Shown: piece after piece, positions 36,746 to 46,015 of the stretch
How the letters are laid out: each line of letters opens with the position of its first letter
How positions within the stretch are numbered: the stretch's first letter is position 1
DNA from: a virus
Taxonomy: Duplodnaviria > Caudoviricetes
IMG/VR virus record: IMGVR_UViG_3300022074_000042
Span: 1 to 58,225 of that record
Length of the DNA: 58,225 nucleotides
Reading direction: 5' to 3' (one strand)
Notes under the pieces: model-generated
Told to the model about the DNA's origin: nothing
What the model saw: only the letters and a program-made list of their open reading frames with translations
Database searches by the model: none
Made by a program: the position numbers and the translations under genes

Positions 36746-37850
36746 TAACATAGAACCAGCAAATATCCTTGGTAATTTTTTAAAAGCAAACAAGGACGAT
36801 CATTTTAATTTCGAAGATACGGTGGAATACAAAGTTTCTAGCGGTTCCCTACAGTTAGATTACCATCTTGCTGGGGGCTTTGGTCCTGGGTTGCATCGAT
36901 TCACGGGAGTTAACGAAGGTGGCAAAACCTCTGAATCTTTGCAGGTTATGAAGAACTTTTTAACTAGTGTAGATAAATCTAGAGGTGTGTATATCAAAGC
37001 GGAAGGAAGGTTAGGTCCAGAAGTTAAAGAAAGATCTGGGGTTAAATTTGTTTTTTCTCCAGAAGAGTGGGTGGATGGAACTTGTTTTGTTTTCGAGAGT
37101 AATGTTTACGAAGCGGCTATGACTCTAATCAGACAGTTGATTACCAATAATGACGATAAGATTAAATATTGCTTTATCCTAGATTCTGTAGATGGTTTAA
37201 TTAAGAAGGACGATTTAGCGAAAGGTTTTGAAGAGAGTAGCAAGGTAGCAGGTGGTGCGGTAATTGCTTCTGATTTTTGCAAAAAAACTAGCACTGCGTT
37301 AGGTAAAAGGGGACACATGGCTATTTTCATCAGTCAAGTCAGAGCGGATATCAAACTAGATCCTTATTCAAAAGCGCCTGTCCGTCAGACTACAGCTACA
37401 GGAGGTAATGCGTTATTGCACTTCGCTAACAATATTATGGAGTTTGAACCTAGATTTAAGGGCGATTTGATTTTGAAAAATCCAACTGTAAAAACTATAG
37501 ACTCTAAAAAAAATCCAATCATTGGACACCAAGCTAAAGTGACGATTAAAAAATCCGCTCACGAAAATACGAACATGACTATCTCTTATCCTATAAAATA
37601 TGGACGTATTAATGGCACATCTATTTGGGTAGAAAAAGAAGTCGTAGACTTACTATATGCTTGGGAGTTTATGCAGAAGAAAGGAGCTTGGATTAAACCC
37701 ACAGAAGATTTTTTAGATTTGCTAAAAGAAAACAAATTTGACTTTCCAGAAAAAATACAAGGAGATAATAATTTATTTAAAACTATCGAAGACAACAAAG
37801 ACTTGTGTGAATTTCTGATCAACTATTTCAAAGAACAAATTGTAGCATGA
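36738..37850 (+). CDS. recA: RecA/UvsX-like recombinase
   Basis: VSSGSLQLD, Walker A GVNEGGKT, Walker B FILDSV, FISQVR, TGGNALLHFA. Confidence 0.88.
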   Translation: MSDNIEPANILGNFLKANKDDHFNFEDTVEYKVSSGSLQLDYHLAGGFGPGLHRFTGVNEGGKTSESLQVMKNFLTSVDKSRGVYIKAEGRLGPEVKERSGVKFVFSPEEWVDGTCFVFESNVYEAAMTLIRQLITNNDDKIKYCFILDSVDGLIKKDDLAKGFEESSKVAGGAVIASDFCKKTSTALGKRGHMAIFISQVRADIKLDPYSKAPVRQTTATGGNALLHFANNIMEFEPRFKGDLILKNPTVKTIDSKKNPIIGHQAKVTIKKSAHENTNMTISYPIKYGRINGTSIWVEKEVVDLLYAWEFMQKKGAWIKPTEDFLDLLKENKFDFPEKIQGDNNLFKTIEDNKDLCEFLINYFKEQIVA

Positions 37851-38254
37851 AATTTGTTGACCGATACGGCAAAGAAAGAAACCTTAAAAATGCAAAGAAA
37901 TATTTAATTGATTGGGAAAAACCTAGCAGAAGTAAATTTCAAACTACTGTAAAAAAATTCTTGTATAAATACTGGAAAAATGACATTGTTTTTGAAGAGT
38001 TCCGTGTGGTTGGCAGCAGATTAACTTTAGACTTTTACAACGCTAATAAAAAAATAGCCGTAGAAGTTCAGGGAGCGCAACACACAAAATTTGTTAAGTT
38101 TTTCCACAAAAACCATTTTAAATATGCTGATCAACTTAAAAGAGATGAGCATAAATTAAACTTTTGCAAGGCTAATGAAATTCAGCTAGCAGAAATTTAT
38201 CCCAAAGACGAAATCCAAGCTTCTTTATTTACCGATCAAGACATTTATTTATGA
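37847..38254 (+). CDS. PD-(D/E)xK endonuclease (Vsr/DUF559-like)
   Basis: EEF...LDFY...AVEVQGAQH...RDEHK. Confidence 0.75.
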   Translation: MKFVDRYGKERNLKNAKKYLIDWEKPSRSKFQTTVKKFLYKYWKNDIVFEEFRVVGSRLTLDFYNANKKIAVEVQGAQHTKFVKFFHKNHFKYADQLKRDEHKLNFCKANEIQLAEIYPKDEIQASLFTDQDIYL

Positions 38255-38493
38255 ATTTACCAGAAGGCAGTGACGATAAGGAATTTTGTATTCCTACAGA
38301 GATGGTTGATAAGCTCTACGAGCTTTCGGGTGGGGCTGACAAGTATAAAGGTGTTATCATGGCTGTTTCTTCTGAAAATGGGAAGCCGCTTATTTATTGC
38401 AAATTTGATTGTGGTATGACAGAATTTGCTTTAACAAAAGCTTTGGAAAATCATTTCCAACATGCATCTAACGAAATAATAGAAGAGGATTAA
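38251..38493 (+). CDS. Hypothetical protein
   Basis: 80 aa, coupled on both sides (ATGA and TAATG overlaps). Confidence 0.65.
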   Translation: MNLPEGSDDKEFCIPTEMVDKLYELSGGADKYKGVIMAVSSENGKPLIYCKFDCGMTEFALTKALENHFQHASNEIIEED

Positions 38494-40010
38494 TGATATA
38501 CAATTTTGAACTAGAAAAACAGTTATTAGCTGGTTTGCTTAAAGAGCCAGAAAGCCTTGCGGAGATTTCTAATTTCATTAGTAATTCAGATTTCTACTCT
38601 AAACAAAGCTCTTTGCATTCTGCGATCTTTAGAATCATAAAACAAGCTATCGATGCGGGTGATGAAATTGATGAGATTATAATCGCGCAAAGAGTAAATG
38701 AGGTTGGATTATCTTTTGAGGACAACCTCAATCCTTCTGATTATATTAAGTCTTTGTCTTTGAGGAAAGTCCCCAAAGGTAATATCTTAAAGACAGCCAA
38801 AGAACTTAAAAAGTATACAATAAGAAGAGAAATACTAGATTCTTCTCAAGAGATAGCTAAGAAGATGAAGAACATAGCTCCAGAATCTTCTTATAGAGAT
38901 ATCATAGAGGTAGCTGACAATGTTTATAATTCTCGAATTAATCTTTACGAGATAGGAAACGACACCCCAGAGAACATTTACGAGGAAATGGAAGCTCTTG
39001 TCGAAGAGCGTGGAAATAATCCCGTTACTGAATTTGGCATGATGGGTCCACATGGAAAGATAAATGATATTTATGGCTCTCTTTTAAGAGCTGGTAATAT
39101 TACAGTTATTGTGGCTCGTTCTGGTGTCGGTAAGACACAGTTTTGTATGGATTACTCTACCAAAGTCAGCTTGAAGTATGATGTCCCTGTTCTGCACTTC
39201 GACAATGGAGAGATGAGTAAAGAGGAACTGATCATGAGACAATGCGCTGCTCTATCTGGAGTGCCTATGCATTTACTGGAAAATGGTAAATGGAGGCAAG
39301 CTGGACAGGATGTGGTAGATAAAGTCAGAGCTGTCTGGCCTAGAGTTAAAAACCTAAAATTCTACTATTACAATGTCGGAGGAATGGATGTAGACTCTAT
39401 GGTCAATACTCTAAAGAGATTTTATTATTCGAAAGTTGGCAGGGGTAACCAAATGGTATTTTCTTTCGATTATATCAAAACAACGTCTGAAAATAATGGC
39501 AATAAATCAGAATGGCAAGTCGTTGGAGAAATGGTCGATAAATTTAAGAAGTGCGTCCAAAAAGAAATCTTACATGACGGCAACCCTGTTATCCCTATGA
39601 TTACATCAGTTCAATCCAACAGATATGGTATAACAACCAACAGGACTTCTCAAAATATAGTCGATGATGAATCTATTGTTTCTCTATCAGATAGGATTAC
39701 TCAATTCTGCTCTCATATGTTCATTCTTCGCAGTAAAACTACAGACGAAGTAGAGATGGAAGGCGGGAGATTTGGAACACATAAACTTATTAATGTAAAA
39801 GCCCGACACTTAGGAAGCGATATTGCTGGAGCAGTAGAGCCTGTAAGCATTGGCGATTCTTTGAGAAAAAATGCTATTAATTTAGATTTTAATAATTTTA
39901 ATATCACAGAGAGAGGAGATCTTAGGGATATAGCAAGAGTTTTAAATGGAGAGGAAGATTTAGACAGTGATGGAATCCAAGAAACAATCCCAGACTTCGA
40001 TCAATTCTGA
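38493..40010 (+). CDS. dnaB: Replicative DnaB-like helicase
   Basis: DnaB N-domain (LEKQLLAGLL...DFY), ARSGVGKT, EMS, FDYIK, QSNR. Confidence 0.92.
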   Translation: MIYNFELEKQLLAGLLKEPESLAEISNFISNSDFYSKQSSLHSAIFRIIKQAIDAGDEIDEIIIAQRVNEVGLSFEDNLNPSDYIKSLSLRKVPKGNILKTAKELKKYTIRREILDSSQEIAKKMKNIAPESSYRDIIEVADNVYNSRINLYEIGNDTPENIYEEMEALVEERGNNPVTEFGMMGPHGKINDIYGSLLRAGNITVIVARSGVGKTQFCMDYSTKVSLKYDVPVLHFDNGEMSKEELIMRQCAALSGVPMHLLENGKWRQAGQDVVDKVRAVWPRVKNLKFYYYNVGGMDVDSMVNTLKRFYYSKVGRGNQMVFSFDYIKTTSENNGNKSEWQVVGEMVDKFKKCVQKEILHDGNPVIPMITSVQSNRYGITTNRTSQNIVDDESIVSLSDRITQFCSHMFILRSKTTDEVEMEGGRFGTHKLINVKARHLGSDIAGAVEPVSIGDSLRKNAINLDFNNFNITERGDLRDIARVLNGEEDLDSDGIQETIPDFDQF

Positions 40011-41037
40011 AGAATTTCAAGGAATTCTGGAATCAATAGGTTACAGTCTAATAGATTGTGGCGATCATTGGAGAACCCAAGCTCTTTATAGAGATGGAGA
40101 CAACAACACTGCTGTTAAAATATATAAGAACACTGGTGTTTGGATGGACTTTGTTGAAAACAAAGGGTGCAAACCTTTTGAAGCTTTAATCAGACTTACT
40201 CTTAAAGATAATAAACAGACAGAGGAAATTCTATCAAACTCTTCTACAGATAACGTAACTGTTTATCAACCCAAAGAAAAAATTGAAATGGAAAAAATTT
40301 ACGATGACTCTCACTTAGAGAGATTATTCCCAAATTATAACTTCTATAGCAAAAGAAAAATTTCCGAAGAAACTCAAAAAGCTTTTCAGGTAGGTTTAGC
40401 GGGGGTGGGAAAGATGTATAGAAGAATGGTCTTCCCTGTTTATAATGAACACCAACAAATCATTGGATTTTCAGGAAGAAAAGTTGATGACCATAATGAT
40501 TTCCCTAAATGGAAACATATTGGGAAGCGCAATAATTGGGTTTACCCAGCTTTCAATAAAATGACGGGGGTAGAGGAAGAAATAAATTTAAAAGAAGAAA
40601 TAATTTTAGTAGAAAGTATAGGTGATGCATTGGCTCTTTACGAACAAAACATTAGGAATGTTCTTGTCATTTTTGGTTTATCTGTTAATAATAACATTAT
40701 TAATTACCTTAGTAGTAGGCGTATTAATCGGATATATATTTCAACAAATAACGATAACAACAGTGGGGAAAATAGAGGGTTTATTGCGGCCTTAAAAAGT
40801 TTTTTGAAATTATCTACCTACTTCGATTTAAGCTCTTTAAGTGTAAAATTCCCACCAAAGCCGTATAATGATTTCGGTGATGCTCATCTAGAGGGATGTG
40901 ACATTAAGAAATATTGGAATGAAAAATCAATAGATCAAAATGCACAACTAAAATTTATTTGCGATTTTGTTAAAAACAATTCTTCTAGCTTCACTAAAAA
41001 AGAAGTAAAAACTGCTCTATTACTTAGTGATGACTGA
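39970..41037 (+). CDS. dnaG: DNA primase (DnaG-like Toprim)
   Basis: RMVFPV...IIGFSGR, PKW, ILVESIGDAL, NDFGD; follows the helicase. Confidence 0.85.
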   Translation: MESKKQSQTSINSEEFQGILESIGYSLIDCGDHWRTQALYRDGDNNTAVKIYKNTGVWMDFVENKGCKPFEALIRLTLKDNKQTEEILSNSSTDNVTVYQPKEKIEMEKIYDDSHLERLFPNYNFYSKRKISEETQKAFQVGLAGVGKMYRRMVFPVYNEHQQIIGFSGRKVDDHNDFPKWKHIGKRNNWVYPAFNKMTGVEEEINLKEEIILVESIGDALALYEQNIRNVLVIFGLSVNNNIINYLSSRRINRIYISTNNDNNSGENRGFIAALKSFLKLSTYFDLSSLSVKFPPKPYNDFGDAHLEGCDIKKYWNEKSIDQNAQLKFICDFVKNNSSSFTKKEVKTALLLSDD

Positions 41038-42055
41038 ACCTCAAACACCTCTATCGGCTAGTCGGATTAAGACGGCGCAGTCTTGTTCTTGGTTATACTG
41101 GTCGAAGTATAAACTCCATCTTCCAGAAAAAGGAAATGATGGAGCTAGAAGAGGTTCGATATGTCACCTTGTTTTTGAAGTTCTAGGGGTTAAAAAAAGA
41201 AAAAAATATTTTAATAAAATAATTAAAACTGAAGATGTTTTTTCTGTCCCCTCTATAAAAAGACTTATCCTTAAACATGCTGTAAAGGAAGGTGTCGATG
41301 ACAAAGAAAATGTAGATCTAATGAAGGACATGATCTTCAATGGGTTATCTTATGATTTCTTTGGCGGTGATTTATCTAAACCAACAGAGGAATATTCTGA
41401 AAAAGATTTCGACATAATCAAGAATGAGGGGGATATCAGTTATAAAGTAAGAGGCTTTATTGATAAACTTTTTTTATACAAAAAAGAAAAATTTGCTCTT
41501 ATCAGAGACTTTAAAACAAGTAAAGACGTATTCAAAGGCAAAGATCAAACAGATAATTTGCAAGATTTGATGTATAGTCTAGCTGTCAAAAAGCTTTTCC
41601 CAAAATACTCAAACAGAGTTAGTGAATTTTTATTTCTAAAGTTTGACTTAGATCCTAACGCTTCTAAATCTGGTGTTGTTAGGATGAAGCCTTTAGACCC
41701 TGACGAATTAGAGGGCTTTGAGTTGCAGCTCACAGAGATTCAAAAATATCTTGATAACTTTTCAGAAAGAGATGCTAGATATAATTTCGCAGCGCATCAA
41801 GGCTTTCCCAAAGATAGCTCTTTCAGTGGAAAACTTCTTTGTGGATTTGCAACGCGCAAAGGAGAGTTAAAAAAGGACGGCACTCCTAAATGGCATTGCC
41901 CAATGAAATTTGATTTTTTCTATTACGAAGTTTATGACAATAAAGGTCAGTTTAAGAAATCTTATTTTGAAGAAGAGTTTTCCGAGGATTTGATACCTGA
42001 AGGCGGTTCTTTTGAGCTTCGATATTATCAGGGTTGTCCCGCACATTCTTCTTGA
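41030..42055 (+). CDS. PD-(D/E)xK exonuclease (RecB/AddB/Cas4-like)
   Basis: LSASRI...C, GSICH, RGFIDKL, IRDFKTSK, QDLMY, and C-terminal cysteines (possible Fe-S staple). Confidence 0.85.
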   Translation: MTEPQTPLSASRIKTAQSCSWLYWSKYKLHLPEKGNDGARRGSICHLVFEVLGVKKRKKYFNKIIKTEDVFSVPSIKRLILKHAVKEGVDDKENVDLMKDMIFNGLSYDFFGGDLSKPTEEYSEKDFDIIKNEGDISYKVRGFIDKLFLYKKEKFALIRDFKTSKDVFKGKDQTDNLQDLMYSLAVKKLFPKYSNRVSEFLFLKFDLDPNASKSGVVRMKPLDPDELEGFELQLTEIQKYLDNFSERDARYNFAAHQGFPKDSSFSGKLLCGFATRKGELKKDGTPKWHCPMKFDFFYYEVYDNKGQFKKSYFEEEFSEDLIPEGGSFELRYYQGCPAHSS

Positions 42056-42079
42056 CTTCATGGTTTAATTTGGTATCTT
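42052..42079 (+). promoter_or_regulatory. sigma70-like promoter TTGACT-16-TATCTT (extended -10), leaderless
   Basis: ATG 42086 lies 6 nt after the -10 box. Confidence 0.65.
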
Positions 42080-42085
42080 ACGTTA

Positions 42086-42823
42086 ATGATACCTGTATTC
42101 AAGTCCACTTACTCTATCGGGAAGAGCATTCTAACTCTCGATGAAGACGAGATTGAAGGCGGTCCCGATAGCATCTTCACCATATGCGAAGAAAACGACA
42201 TTAAATCTTTAGTCTTAGTAGAAGACTCTATGACGGGATTTGTAACCGCTCACAATAGATGTAAAGATAAAGATATTGATCTTGTTTTTGGACTTAGGTT
42301 GACTTGTTGTAACGACACAAAAGAAGATGACAATTCAGACCATAAGATCGTAGTGTTCGCTAATGATGATGTTGGATGTAAACTGCTTTACAAGATTTAT
42401 TCTCATGCTCATACAGGTAATGGTAAGGTAGATTTTGCATTTCTTAATTCTGTTTGGAATGATAGTGTCGAATTAATTATCCCTTTTTATGATTCATTTA
42501 TCTTTAATAATAATTTTCACTTAAGGAAATGCGTTCCTGATTTTGCTAAGATAACACCTACGTTTTGGGTAGAAGAAAACAATCTTCCATTCGATGAGTT
42601 ACTAAAAGAGAAAGTTATTGCATTCTCTACTAGAATCGATAGACCCGCTAAGAAAGTAAAAAGTATTTTCTACAAGAATAAGAGGGACGTAGAAGCTTTG
42701 CAAACATACAAAATTATTTGTAACAGAAACTTTGGGAGACCTGCCACTTTAAGCTCTCCTAATCTAAATCACTTTGGCAGCAATGAATTCTGTTTTGAAT
42801 CTTACTTAGAAAAACAAAAATGA
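42086..42823 (+). CDS. Stand-alone PHP domain of DNA polymerase III alpha
   Basis: FKSTYSIGKSIL, LVEDSMTGF, VFGLRL, VVFANDDVGCKLLYKIYS match the DnaE N-terminus; the His metal ligands are degenerate. Confidence 0.8.
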   Translation: MIPVFKSTYSIGKSILTLDEDEIEGGPDSIFTICEENDIKSLVLVEDSMTGFVTAHNRCKDKDIDLVFGLRLTCCNDTKEDDNSDHKIVVFANDDVGCKLLYKIYSHAHTGNGKVDFAFLNSVWNDSVELIIPFYDSFIFNNNFHLRKCVPDFAKITPTFWVEENNLPFDELLKEKVIAFSTRIDRPAKKVKSIFYKNKRDVEALQTYKIICNRNFGRPATLSSPNLNHFGSNEFCFESYLEKQK

Positions 42824-43452
42824 ACGAATCACTACTTAGATTTAACAAAAAGCAAAGATATGTGGTCTTTGATACTGAAACAGAGGGTTTGAACTTGATT
42901 ACTTCTCGACCTTGGCAAGTCGCTTGGATGGTCGTAGAAGGAGACAGTGTAATTGAGAAAAATGATCTGTTTATTGAGTGGCCTGACTTGGAGGTTTCAG
43001 AGGGTGCTGCTAAAATCACAGGTTTTACAGAAAAGGAATACAACAAAAGATGTGAACCCCCTAAACAAGTCTGGGATAAATTTTCTAAAGAATTATATAA
43101 TCCTGAAAACTTGATAATAGGGCAGAACCTTTTAGGTTTTGATGTTTATATGGTTAATATTTGGAGAAGGCTTATGAATTTACGTGCAGATTATTCTTTT
43201 ATACCTAGAATTTTAGACACTAAGGCTTTAGCCACAGCTATAGCTAAAGAAATGCCTGTAGTTAAAGATGATTTTATTGGCTGGCAATACAGGTTGTTAA
43301 ATTACAGAGAAAGAGGTTTAAAAACATCTCAAGCCACTTTATTGAAGAAATATAATATTGACCATGACCCTAAGAGGCTGCATGATGCTCTATACGATAT
43401 TGAGATGAACTTTAAAGTATTCCGTAAACAATTATTCGATCTTGAGATATGA
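42820..43452 (+). CDS. dnaQ: DEDDh 3'-5' exonuclease (Pol III epsilon-like)
   Basis: VFDTETEGL, GQNLLGFD, LDT, HDALYD. Confidence 0.88.
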   Translation: MNESLLRFNKKQRYVVFDTETEGLNLITSRPWQVAWMVVEGDSVIEKNDLFIEWPDLEVSEGAAKITGFTEKEYNKRCEPPKQVWDKFSKELYNPENLIIGQNLLGFDVYMVNIWRRLMNLRADYSFIPRILDTKALATAIAKEMPVVKDDFIGWQYRLLNYRERGLKTSQATLLKKYNIDHDPKRLHDALYDIEMNFKVFRKQLFDLEI

Positions 43453-46004
43453 GTTCTAGCACATTTAAAGGGTATGATACCCCATTTCCAGTTGGGGTGA
43501 AACTCCCAGAAATCAAAATACAAAAAAAATATTATGACGAGGTTTCTTGTAAAGACCTGGGAGACAACTTTAAATTCTTAAGGAAGCTTTGCTTTGCGCG
43601 TCTTAAAGAGAAAGGAATTCATGAGTTTGAAAACGCTCAAGTTTATTACGATAGATTAAAAGAAGAGTTAACGATTTTTGATGAACTTGGTTTTGTGGAT
43701 TACATTCTTTTGAATTGGGATATTATTAACTTCTGTAAAGAAAACGATATTCCGACAGGAGCAGGTAGAGGTAGTGCGGCAGGTTCCTTGGTTCTCTATG
43801 TCATAGGAGTTACCAATATCGATCCTATTGAATACGATCTATTCTTTGAGAGGTTCGTCTCAAAAAGCAGGGCTAAGAAGATCGAGCATAATGGAGAAGT
43901 ATTTTTAGATGGTAGTTTATTGGCTGACGTAGATAACGATATTTCCTACGATAGAAGGGCAGAGGTTATTAAATACATCGAAGATAAGTATGAAGGTAAG
44001 ACATCAAAAATTCTCACCTTAAATACTCTTAGTGGTAAGCTTTGCATGAAAGAGTGTGGTAAGATTATAGCTGAACTTTCTGAAATGGAGGTTAATCAAA
44101 TAAGTGATACAATCCCTAAACATTTTGGCATCGTAGCTAAATTAGATACAGCATATCAAGAGAGCGAGTCTTTCAAATCTTACGCTGATAAACATCCTAA
44201 AGTATTTAATATAGCTAAAAAATTACAAGGATTGAATAAAAATACTGGAGTCCATCCTTCTGGGATTTCTATTTCATATTATGATTTAGATGGGATTATG
44301 CCACTTCAGAAAACTAATGATGATTCTTTAATTTCTGGTTACGATATGAATGACGTAGCTAGCCTTAGTGTCAAATTTGACATTCTAGGTCTAAGAACTC
44401 TTTCTGTTGTCCATGATGTTTGCAAGCAAGTGGGCATAAACGCTTCGGACATAGATATTAACCATGAAACTATTTATGCTGCTTTATCCTGTCTCCGATC
44501 ACCTCAAGGTCTTTTCCAGATAGAAGCAGAAACAAACTTCAAAGTTTGCAAGCTAATAGCTCCTCAAAATCTAGAGCAATTGTCTGCCGTGGTAGCTATA
44601 GCAAGACCTGGAGCTTTAGATTTCAAGGATAATTATGCTACTTATGTAAGAACTGGGGATTTCCAGTCTGTTCATGAATTCTTTGATGATATTTTGAGCT
44701 ATACTGGTGGTATTCCGCTCTATCAAGAGCAACTTATGAAGATGGCTGTAAAGGTTGGCTTCACTCTAGACGAAGCTGAACAACTAAGAAGAATTGTTGG
44801 CAAAAAGAAAGTCGATCAAATGCCAGCTTGGAAGGCCAAGATTGAGGAAAAAATTATTTCCAACAAATTAGATAGTGCTATTGGTGATGTTCTTTGGAGA
44901 GTCGCGGAGGATTCTGCTAATTACTCATTTAACAAATCTCACTCTATCAGTTACGCTCACTTGGCTGCTATAACTGTTTACTTAAAATTTACATACCCAC
45001 AAGAGTTCTTTTTGAGCTTATTAAAGTTTGCTAAATTTGAACCTAACTCTCATGAGGAAATAGCTAAAATCTCTCAAGAGCTTTCTCATTTCGATATTAA
45101 GCTTTTACCACCAGATTTAAATAAGTCTGATATCGACTTTAAGATAGAGGGTAAAAATATTAGGTATGGATTAAATTCTATTAAAGGCGTATCCACTAAA
45201 GTTTTACAATCTTTGCTTGATTTTAGAGAGGAGTCTTTCTCTAATAAATATGAAATATTCTTGTCTGCAAAACAAGCAGGTTTGAATATAGGAACTTTAT
45301 CAGCTTTAGTTCAAGCGGGTTTACTAGATTCTTTTGTCAAAAGCAATCGTCCTAGATTAGTCTTAGAGGCTCAAACATTTAATATTTTAACAGATAGAGA
45401 AAAGAGAAATTTTGTAGCCCTTGGGGAGAGAGATGATTATGACATAATTAACTCCATTCATAATGCTAAAAAGGGAGATATCGTTGGAGATGATAACAGA
45501 AAGCTCTTTTCAGAGAAAAGATTCAATACATTTCGTAAAAAATATCAGCCATATAAAGATATTTACGAGATGAACAAAGAGCATATAAAATACGCTAATT
45601 GGTTTTTCGAAGAGAAATTGTTGGGCTATAGTTATTCTCACAATATTAGAGAAGTGTTTAGTTATGAAGACGATTTTAATTCCGCAGACGATGTTAAGGA
45701 GCTTGGAGACCGTGCTAATGTAAAATTTGTAGGTGTTTTGACTGATATTATGCGTAGAACTAGCAGAAATGGCAATAAATATGCCCGTTTAACTATGCAG
45801 GACGAAGGGGGAGTTCTAGAAGGTTTATTTTTAGATGGTAGTAGAGATGCTAGACTGACAAATTATTTAGATTCTGGAAAAAAATTACCCAAAAAGTCAG
45901 ATGTCGTGATAATATATGGCTCTAAGGGAGATGATATTGTTTTCATCGACAAGATTTTTCCCCTAAAAGACAAAATCTACATGAAGTTATCTGAACTTAA
46001 ATAG
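43449..46004 (+). CDS. dnaE: DNA polymerase III alpha catalytic subunit lacking the PHP domain
   Basis: GAGRGSAAGSLV, LFFERF, DVDND, GVHPSG, KFDILGL, YQEQLM, YSFNKSH and a C-terminal OB fold. Confidence 0.95.
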   Translation: MSSSTFKGYDTPFPVGVKLPEIKIQKKYYDEVSCKDLGDNFKFLRKLCFARLKEKGIHEFENAQVYYDRLKEELTIFDELGFVDYILLNWDIINFCKENDIPTGAGRGSAAGSLVLYVIGVTNIDPIEYDLFFERFVSKSRAKKIEHNGEVFLDGSLLADVDNDISYDRRAEVIKYIEDKYEGKTSKILTLNTLSGKLCMKECGKIIAELSEMEVNQISDTIPKHFGIVAKLDTAYQESESFKSYADKHPKVFNIAKKLQGLNKNTGVHPSGISISYYDLDGIMPLQKTNDDSLISGYDMNDVASLSVKFDILGLRTLSVVHDVCKQVGINASDIDINHETIYAALSCLRSPQGLFQIEAETNFKVCKLIAPQNLEQLSAVVAIARPGALDFKDNYATYVRTGDFQSVHEFFDDILSYTGGIPLYQEQLMKMAVKVGFTLDEAEQLRRIVGKKKVDQMPAWKAKIEEKIISNKLDSAIGDVLWRVAEDSANYSFNKSHSISYAHLAAITVYLKFTYPQEFFLSLLKFAKFEPNSHEEIAKISQELSHFDIKLLPPDLNKSDIDFKIEGKNIRYGLNSIKGVSTKVLQSLLDFREESFSNKYEIFLSAKQAGLNIGTLSALVQAGLLDSFVKSNRPRLVLEAQTFNILTDREKRNFVALGERDDYDIINSIHNAKKGDIVGDDNRKLFSEKRFNTFRKKYQPYKDIYEMNKEHIKYANWFFEEKLLGYSYSHNIREVFSYEDDFNSADDVKELGDRANVKFVGVLTDIMRRTSRNGNKYARLTMQDEGGVLEGLFLDGSRDARLTNYLDSGKKLPKKSDVVIIYGSKGDDIVFIDKIFPLKDKIYMKLSELK

Positions 46005-46010
46005 TGTAAA
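46003..46010 (+). promoter_or_regulatory. AGTGTAAA late motif before the Clp ATPase gene
   Basis: 5 nt upstream of ATG 46016. Confidence 0.5.
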
Positions 46011-46015
46011 GAATT

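Noticed and set aside
41030-42055. Cas4 as part of a CRISPR system
   Set aside because: It is a solo PD-(D/E)xK exonuclease inside the replication operon, which is common in phages.
42086-46004. Intein-split or pseudogenised dnaE
   Set aside because: No intein termini are visible, all three ORFs have clean ATGA coupling, and catalytic motifs are intact.
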